A DNA stretch of 64,000 bases, from contig NW_026940042.1 in NCBI RefSeq assembly GCF_032062105.1, forward strand, positions 1 to 64,000, written 5' to 3'. Source of the DNA: Saccostrea cucullata. Taxonomy: Eukaryota. Each line of letters opens with the position of its first letter. Position 1 is the stretch's first letter. Below the pieces are notes generated by a model, which did no database searches, was not told the DNA's origin, and worked only from the letters and a program-made list of their open reading frames with translations. Position numbers and translations under genes: made by a program. Positions 54,946 through 64,000 of this stretch are shown here, one piece after another.

Positions 54946-56359
54946 AAGAATTGGTCACACCTGCCATGAATTATATGTATTGATCAAGCAGACGGAACAT
55001 TCCGTAGTCAAATTCAGTATGAAATAAAGGATTAAGGTGGGTTAACCATGCATCGGAAACAACGTTCTGAGTCATGTTTTGAACGTCAATTGATAGGCAA
55101 AGACGAGATCACGCCCATTTACCTGCTTCGGAGAACTATAGGCAATAAACTCTCTTTCAACTTAAGAGTTCCCTGTATTTATTTGTTTCTGTCTTGAAGC
55201 TAAAGATTTAAATTTTTTAATGATACCGATTATTGATAAAAATATCCCGAGAATGGCCCTATAGTTATGTCATATTTTACATCATCAAAGGGGAATAACC
55301 AGAAATTTATGATTTTGCAATTTTCAGAGTTATCGTTCTTTAAACTCGACTTCAACGGAACGCAGACTTTGGTGAATATTGCATAAATATTGAAGAAATT
55401 TCACTTCAATGTTTGTATAATTCTTTTTAAGCTGGTTTTTATGAATTTATTTCATGTACATTGGAGCACAAATTTACCATAACACGGACACTTTCCGATG
55501 CAAAGTTAATCACGACCATTTTTATACAGCACCCTACTGACAGCTGTTTTTGTCGGAAATAGAAAATAAAAACTCTATATTTTTAGTCATAATACAATTT
55601 ATCCACATATGACGTCTAGAATCTGACTCAATTTATTTCTACAAAACAGAGTATGATAACCAATGAGAAGAAATGCGCGAATTACTGCATTACAAGCATT
55701 TTAAAGCATTTCTAAGGCAAAGTGAGGGCTGTGAGGCATTTTGAATCGTTCAACATTTGTGCAACGATATCGTCAATTAAATTTAAGTTGAGGGTTATTT
55801 CTTGGGTAAAAGGTAAAAGTATATACATATCAATGATTTTAAAGCACTGTGATAAAGTTATGATATTTTTCCAGTCCATATACCGTCTGTCCGATGCATG
55901 GTAAACAATGTCCGATCCATGGTGAATTCTGAGTTATTTTTTAAAAACTCAATTTTTGATATTTTCTCAATAAAAAGCATGTAATTGTGTCCAAAATTTA
56001 TATCTTAATCACATACTAAATGTTAAGCTCCACTTTGATAATTTTCCGTCGGTAGCGATATCACTAGAACTTGTTGAAGTACAAGGGTGTCCCATGCATG
56101 GTGAATTCACCCTAATATAACAATGGATATGAAACAAGTCAGCCTTGTTAACAAGGTTGTGGAAAGTCTTGTAACATCAACTTATCTGTCGGTAGCCTGT
56201 CTCGGTTTAAAAACTGATCGTGGCAGGCTCTGGAGTATCGAATAAGTTGGGAGATGAAAACATGAAATGAAGATGATATAGGCTAGCAGAATGTTACTAC
56301 AAAAATGAGAGAAGGTGACGATCGAAAGATTAAAGTCACTTCGTTTATCACACAATTTA

Positions 56360-56590
56360 ATCGTGAACTTCCCTTACTTAGGCAGCAATATACCTTCATC
56401 ATCTGCATACGGAGTTTATATATCTCAGTTGATTCGATACGCAAGAGCATGTTCTACGTATGAACATTTTCTAAACGAGATAAATTTCTGACAAACAAAT
56501 TTATGAAACAAGAATATCACCAGGCTCTTTTTAAGTCACCACTTCGTAAGTTCTATGATCGATACAAGGAGCACATGGCGGATGTGACCA
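56360..56590 (+). mobile_element. Penelope-like RT fragment
   Basis: Translates IVNFPYLGSNIPSSSAYGVYISQLIRYARACSTYEHFL, then frameshifts. Confidence 0.85.
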
Positions 56591-57527
56591 ACGGTTTTGT
56601 TCATTTTATGGCATTTTATCACCTCTGATGTTTTGGAGGTTCTCTGCTAACACATTGTTTTATGGACTTTTGATTTTACTGTTCATTATCTCAATATGTT
56701 TCATTAGTTTTCCCTTATTGTCAATAGTCAGTAAAACATCCCAATATGAAACAGAGCACAGTTAATGCGGAATTCAAATAAATTGTTGAAAGGAGTACAT
56801 AAATGTGAATGTTGTGAATGAAAAACTCCGGCAGCGTTTTTAATATTGACTTTAGAATTCTCAGTAGTACTTGAGTATGAATCAGAGTGGTTTTTAACAA
56901 AGAAATTTTGTGATGACCAATCACAAGATTGGAACATTTTCTACTTTCATTTTAATTGAAGAAACAGGTGTCATTGATATCAAAAATCCTAATTTAAATT
57001 TATCGTGGGGAATAGATTTTTAAAGTATAGAAAAGTCATATATATTCATGTTGCTGACTTCGGGAAAAAATGGCAGTTTTAATTTTTCTAAAAGTTCGGT
57101 AAAGTTTTGGAGAATCCACATGATTTACAGCACTTCTACATGTAATTTATATGTTGAAGCACAGTATGAATGAAGATGATTATTTCATCTTTTACTTATA
57201 CATGTATCACTTGATATGTTGTTTACTATCATTTTATTATGTAAACAATCTTTTTTCATTTTCATGGGTAAAGAAAGAATTTTTTAAAAGATGTTTTTTC
57301 ATTGTACATGTGTGATCAATTTAATTTGGTCCACTGTAGGAACTTAAATATATAAATATGACATTATGGTATTTTCATTTTATTATCCTCCTAGAACTAG
57401 CTTGTGGTGTGAATCCTTGGTTCAGAGAATACGAAAATTATTTCCATCACAGGAGGATGGAAATACCTTAAATAAAACTGATGGAGATTTCAAATTTTAA
57501 AAAATCCAAATATTGGGATGTATTTCT

Positions 57528-57795
57528 ATAAGGTTAAGGCAAAACTTTGTAATTCGAACCGTTCTGAATCAATTTGGAAATTAATGAAATGTTATGCCCT
57601 TGAACAAATCCCTCCTCATCAATGAAAGACCCTTGGTTATAGATAACTAAGTTTTTGTTCTGTGATGAAATTCTACAAAGGAATCTTCAAAAATGTAGTA
57701 ATATTTCGCCACAGGATATTATCGATAAAAAAGTGTAATTTACAAAAATAATTTCCATACTTTTGTTTCTAAAGAGAGATTTTAAATACAGGATC
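57528..57795 (-). pseudogene. Orphan paralog of the GPCR copy-4 upstream region (possible relic of a lost copy)
   Basis: Collinear matches to 63310-63570, including ttctgtgatgaaattct(a/c)caaagg, atg(c/t)ccttgaa, atttggaaa and ttaaatacag; no receptor ORF follows. Confidence 0.55.
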
Positions 57796-59411
57796 CAGGG
57801 AAGTGGCTCATAAAAGATACAATTGATTACAAGAAAATTCCCCAGATAGTCACTGTGAATAATATGTCACAAATTCATTAAATCAGACCCTTACTTGACT
57901 TAGTACTTATGTACATGCATATCAATACTGATGCAGAAAAATAGGAACCCGTTCAAATATAAAATGTAACTGTTCATCGATTTTTTAAAAATTTGATTTC
58001 ATCTCTAAGAATCTCACTCTCGTTTTCAGTAAATTTTCTCAAACCTTTTGCATTAAATGTTAATTGATTATCAATTCAATCATGAATCAACTCCAAACTA
58101 ATTCGCTTCAGTATTCAACAGTGTTGCCTTTCTTTTCTTCAGTTCGTCAGCGTTGCAAAGTGGTTAAGAGTCCCGATTTGGAATACGGAGGTATTTCTTC
58201 TGATTGAAAATTATATAGGGGCCTACCGAGGTTCCCTGACGCAGAGGGTGTTGGCAGGGACGTAAATCTGACAAGCAACCAACCAATCGGTTCTTCAAGG
58301 GGCCTGGGGTCCCATGGCAGCAACTTGACACGGGACCTCTGACGTTGTGCGGATTGATGAATGCTTGTACTACTGTATGAAAGACATAGAAAGTTCTTAC
58401 TTATGAGATAAATTGTCATTACAATTTTCTTTTGGGTTTTTGAGAATGCATATTTTATTTACACCAATGTAACATTTATAGAGCACAGTATGCAAATTCA
58501 TATTTTTTTTATCGGAACGGTATTGTATCTTCGATTATAGGTATTTTATGAAGTTTTGGAATACAGTGTAGGTAATAGTGATTTTAAAGAGATCTTATCT
58601 TTTGAAGGGGGACTGCGAGTACAAGTTTTAGCAGACGTGTAATAAAAGTCAATTTCTTCAAAATGCAGTTCTTCTACTAAGTCTTATACTGTTATACTCA
58701 GGAACAATAATGCTACAAGTCATGTCATCTATTGAAAAGGAAAGGATATTAAAAAAAAAAAGACCAGAACACTTTGTCAGAATGGATTAAATATTATATG
58801 TATATTAAAGAAGTGTACAAAATTTTTTTAAAATGCGAATAATCTATCTTTTCGATTTCACTAATTGGGAGGCGGTAAAAGAATTCATCTTTGTTTGTAA
58901 AGCTCATTAATAATTATATTTTATTTTGGAAGAACTTCGTTTCAATTCTACCTCTGGAAATCCTACACATACTTGTAGTTTACTAAGGATGAAATACTTC
59001 AAAATCACATTTCAAACTTTTAACATTCCTGTCAGACAAGGAAAGTTCGATACTGTACCTTTACTGGATGTTTAACAATCATTAAAATCCTTACAAAGAA
59101 AGATATGCCGGGTCCAGCAAATGCACTACAAAGCTATACCACTATCTTTACTCCTTATCAAAATATTAAATGTCATTAAGAGAAACCTTAGTACAGACGT
59201 ACTGTGCTGCAGCATATTCTAGAAGTGGTTTAAGCATCAATTTTTCAAGAGCCTGTAAAAATAAAAACGTACAACTTTTCTACACTTTTTACAACCACGT
59301 TAAATTAAAAAAAAAACTAGGAGACTGTTTCATCAATAGAACCAGAAGTCTCTGTCGAGACTGTAGCTCTACTGGTTTTTACTTATCAAAAACCATTGCA
59401 CTATTTTAAGT

Positions 59412-60902
59412 TTCTTTGTGTAGTCTACTTGTGTGCCAACTTATTTAATTTGAAATCAAACTAAAACTGTAGAAGGAGTAGCGTTTTAAAGGAATTTCAC
59501 GGAAAATTCTATTTCTAGTAACCATGGCAACACCATTCATTGAAATCAAAAACTTATGCACTGTTCTTTGTATCTTAGTGTAGTCTACTTGTGTGCCAAG
59601 TTATATTGAAATCAGCTAGACCAAAACTGTAGAAGGAGTAGCATTTCAAAGGAATTTCACAGAAAATTCTATTTTTAGTAACCATGGCAACACCGTTCAT
59701 CGAAATCAAAAACCGATGCACTATTCTATTTATCTTACGTTAGTCTACTTGTGTGCCAAGTTAAATTGAAATCAGACCAAAACTGTAGCAAAAGGAGTAG
59801 CATTTCAAAGGAATTTCACAGAAAATTCTATTTTTAGTAACCATGGCAACACCGTTCATTGAAATCAAAAACCGAGCATGCACTATTCTATTTATCTTAG
59901 TGTAGTCTACTTGTGTGCCAAGTTAAATTGAAATCATACCAAAACTGTAGAAGGAGTAGCGTTTTAAAGGAATTTCACAGAAAATTCTATTTTTAGTAAC
60001 CATGGCAACACCGTTCACCAAAATCAAAACCGATGCACTATTCTATGTATCTTAGTGTAGTCTACTTGTGTGCCAAGTTATATTGAAATCAGACCAAAAC
60101 TGTAGAAGGAGTAGCGTTTTAAAGGAATTTCACAGAAAATTCTATTTTTAGTAACCATGGCAACACCGTTCATTGAAATAAAAAACTGATGCACTATTCT
60201 ATGTATCTTACTGTAGTCTACTTGTGTGCCAAGTTTAATTGAAATCAGACCAAAACTGTAGAAGGAGTAGCGTTTTAAAGGAATTTCACAGAAAATTCTA
60301 TTTTTAATAACCATGGCAACACCGTTCACCGAAATCAAAAACCGATGCACTATTCTATGTATCTTAGTGTAGTTTTCTACTTGTGTGCCAAGTTATATTG
60401 AAATCAGACCAAAACTGTAGAAGGAGTAGCGTTTTAAAGGAATTTCACAGAAAATTCTATTTTTAGTAACCATGGCAACACCGTTCATTGAAATCAAAAA
60501 CTGATGCACTATTCTATGTATCTTACTGTAGTCTACTTGTGTGCCAAGTTATATTGAAATCAGACCAAAACTGTAGAAGGAGTAGCGTTTTAAAGGAATT
60601 TCACAGAAAATTCTATATATTTAGTAACCATGGCAACACCATTCATCGAAATCAAAAACCGATGCACTATTCTATGTATCTTTGTGCAGTCTACTTGTGT
60701 GCCAAGTTATATTGAAATCAGACCAAAACTGTAGAAGGAGTAGCGTTTTTAAGGAATTTCACAAAAAATTCTATTTTTAGTAACCATGGCAACACCGTTC
60801 ACCGAAATCAAAAATCGATGCACTATTCCTTGTATCTTAATGTAGTCTACTAGTGTGCCAAGTTATATTGAAATCAGACTAAAATTGTAGGAGGAGTAGC
60901 AT
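59412..60902. repeat. 156-bp satellite array (~9.5 copies) inside a Helentron-like shell (~59316-61000)
   Basis: Unit gtagtctacttgtgtgccaag...ccatggcaacacc repeats every 156 bp (60057 to 60213); acag microsatellite follows. Confidence 0.92.
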
Positions 60903-62070
60903 CTCGTTTTTGAAATATTGTTTACAGACAGACAGACGTGAAGTTGATTTATACATCAAAGACAGACATCTGACGGACGTTAACGTTGCAGGGCGGGGGT
61001 GGAGGCTTCCCTATTATTTTCTTAAACATAACTATATATATATGGTAATTTGGTTATATATAACATAGACTTTTACGTTGATATTTTCAAAGTTTTTGTC
61101 TGTGAACGAAGAACATTTGAGACCATTTTTTCAAAGAAATACTACATAGGGATAATTGCTTATGGGCACTTACTGTGCTCACTTTAGTTTGCATTAGCTG
61201 TACATATATTGTTTTTATATTCTAAGAAGCAGGATTGATTTAGATTTAAGTGTGTTCAAATATTGTTAAAACAGATTTTTTCTAAATGTTAAAGACAATT
61301 TTATAACTAAAAAAACTTGCTACACGACACCGTTATACTCGAGCACGTTTCCGTTTTCTCTCTAGAAGGACAAGTTAAATTTCAAATGCAAAAAAAAATA
61401 AATAAAAACGTTATTAGTAAATAATAACGAGATATCGATTAACAATAGTATTTTCATTTATACATCGATTCGTTTTTTCCAAGTGAAATTGGTTTTAAAG
61501 ACACTAAAGAGTTGGCCTATTTTTGAAAACGTTAACTTTGACTATAACTTTCAATCAGATTTATACTAGTATTTCAAATCTTGACCTTGACTTTTGTGAT
61601 TAACTTGCATTTGAGAAATTTTACCTTCGTAAGCTGACATACGTGGTGTTTCACAAACACATCATGTTTATCCTTTAAAAAATGATTTGTTTTCATTGTC
61701 AACTATGCACTTACATCATCAAGAATGATGTGTATAACAGAAATAAAGATAAAAGAAAAGGAAACACAAATAAAACTAGAGATAATTTTGTGAATATGAC
61801 ATATTCAAGTTCTTAAATTGTTCGTACGTGGATGCAATATATTAAACAATATCTGTGGGAAAAGCGGAATGCAAGATTCCTCGCGACGTAAGCCGCTCGT
61901 ACAATGAGGGTAATAAAAAAGAGAGACGAAAATGATAGAACAGTGCTTCATCTCATGAATCCTTTAGAAATGTAAGGTTTGAACAGAGCAAAAACATGAG
62001 GAAGCATCAGTAAATATGAAAGAAACAAACTCCATTTTATGCAACAAAAAAAGATACATTTATTGTTTAA

Positions 62071-63233
62071 TTACATTGCTGTGTCTACAGTCGAAATGTT
62101 AGTGCATGAATTTCCCATGCCAGAGTCCAGAGACATCTGACTACAATTCTTTTTGACCTTAGAGACTTTAGAGTTATAATTCTGATTTCTTCTATTTTTA
62201 ATGATGATGTACACTACCCCATTTAACACACCACCGAGGTTTGTGAACACGACAACCACCGTGAAGAATTCCTGTGGCACCACCGCAAAATTGTGCCACA
62301 CACTGATGATTGCTAGGGCCCACCATTGGATAAAGAAAGCAGCAACAAAGAGACTCATCAGCTTGGCCGCCCTGTGAGACGCACGCACCGTCTGAGCCTC
62401 TTTTCCTAGCATGGTCTTGAGCCTTTTGGATTCCGTGTTGATTTTCCACCATGTTAAGATATAGAGCACCACATTTACCACAAGGATGAGGGTTATTGGA
62501 ACAGTTACAAAGAAAACGCTAGCAAGTGCTCCTTTCACGCCATCAAATAGGCAACTGTAAAAAAAAAATCAAAGAATTTATAAGGAGCGATTCATATAAA
62601 AGTATTAATATGATTTAGAGGAAATAAGTTAATTGATATAAGTATGCATAGTTAAAAATAAAATTACTAAGATCCTGAGGGGCCATAATATCCTAAATTC
62701 ACGGCACACATTGACATTACAAAAGGTACTCCGAATGTGTAAAGAAGAAGCCTCCAGTCATATCTGCCAAGTTTGAACTCTTTATGAAGGTAAATGAGTG
62801 CGAAAGCGTTGATAGCTGCCACATTAGTCATCAGAAGTTGTGCAGATACAAATTCACCAAGGAAGAATGAATAAAACTCACACAGTTCTCTGGGATACAC
62901 GTGTTCCTTAGTGATGACCATCTGAAGATGGTCCATGCTGTGTGTCACATTAAAGAGCGCGTCACACAGAGACAAGTACACTACAAAACGCTCACTTCGC
63001 GTCCAGGAAAAGAACGGCCGCGTCCGACTCCGGAATGACGCAATGATAACGGCAGATGCACTAAAAAGACTGAGAAAGATACAACATAAGGCAGGAATGT
63101 GGATAAAGAGGAACCATTGTGTGTCTAGTCCATAAACATCTAAATCATATCCATCCCGGAGGACCTTATCTCTCTGTGTGCTGTTCTGTGCCGAATTATT
63201 CCTCGACAGATTAGAGAAAGAAACTTGATCCAT
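62071..63233 (-). CDS. 7TM GPCR copy 4 (349 aa; exons 63233-62668, 62554-62071)
   Basis: Same motifs and intron position; the MDQ start aligns with copy 3. Confidence 0.9.
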
Positions 63234-64000
63234 TTGAATACAGAGAAAATATTCCAAGGAATAAAGGAGAATTCAGAGAAATGCAAAGACTGAGAGTCTA
63301 CTGAGTATTTAAGGATAAGACGCCTTTGTTAACCGTTTTGAACTCATTTGGAAACAAATGACGCATGTCCTTGAATAAATACATGCCATCCCCTGATCAT
63401 CAACCAAACGCTCTAATTCAGATACTAATTCTGTGATGAAATTCTCCAAAGGTGTGTTTTAAAACTATGGTAACTAATATTGTGCCACTAGAGACTACCA
63501 TTTGTTTAAAGAGTGCAATTAGTAAAATGCCTTTCCATTAGATTGTTTCTACAGGGAAATTTAAATACAGAGGGCAAAGAGGAGGAAGCTTATTGGTAGC
63601 TCATTATTTACTTTCCAAGATTTCAAATAAAAAATATTGTTCGAGCACAGTTTTTCCGTTTAATATTGATTACAGAAAACCACAACTAAAATTTGTCTTA
63701 ACATATGTCGCACATTCGCCCCCTTAGAAAAGTCAAATTTCTTGAATTTTGACTTACTCTATAGTTGGTTTATGAGCATTGGATCTTCGTTATATGTGCT
63801 AAGGAATCAAAGGTACCCCCTTGCTGAATTGTATGAAAGAAAACCATTTATTAAAATAGCATCGGGCATTGCTCGATAAATCATTTGTATTCATTCTTAA
63901 CGAACATGTCATATTTTAAAAGCAAGGTCTCAGGTCAAGGTCATTTTTCATTGACGTTAATTAAAAAAAATGCTGTTGTCAATCATGTGGTGCGTACTTT

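Noticed and set aside
56721-56937. Possible GPCR pseudo-exon (ttttgtgatgacca match)
   Set aside because: Only a 14-nt match with non-collinear spacing; insufficient evidence.
58145-58370. GC-rich patch with A-box-like start and a 90-aa ORF
   Set aside because: Looks like degenerate SINE pieces; neither a tRNA nor a credible protein.
60078-60715. ORFs within the 156-bp array
   Set aside because: Satellite translation artefacts (52-aa periodicity); neighbouring units carry indels.
37776-63135. Antisense/alternate-frame ORFs over the GPCR exons (e.g. 50409-50693, 62198-62452)
   Set aside because: Their similarity follows from near-identical receptor DNA, not independent coding.

Overview
AT-rich, intron-containing animal DNA, most likely from a bivalve of the oyster family (inferred from Helentron/Cg170-like repeats and Penelope-like fragments). 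No prokaryotic features, CRISPR array, rRNA or intact tRNA were seen. (1) A 4-coding-exon gene on + (22695-30319, 1899 aa reconstructed) has a ZAD-like CxxC...CxxC N-terminus missed by the ORF track and about 30 C2H2/C2HC fingers in one 5.25-kb exon. (2) It shares a probable bidirectional promoter (~20.3 kb) with a poorly resolved spliced minus-strand transcript carrying only short ORFs. (3) Four 2-exon 7TM receptor genes of the cAMP-receptor-like/GPR157 type lie at 37.5-63.2 kb. They show gene-conversion-like tracts, a stop-restart N-terminus and remodelled TM3 in one copy, a conserved DSGxG tail motif, and an orphan upstream relic of a possible fifth copy. (4) Non-autonomous elements are dense: Tc1/mariner, hAT, Kolobok, Helentron with satellites, a 1.24-kb foldback element with a 9-bp TSD, hairpin-ended elements and Penelope-like fragments. 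All gene models were read by eye from splice signals and phase and need RNA-seq confirmation.
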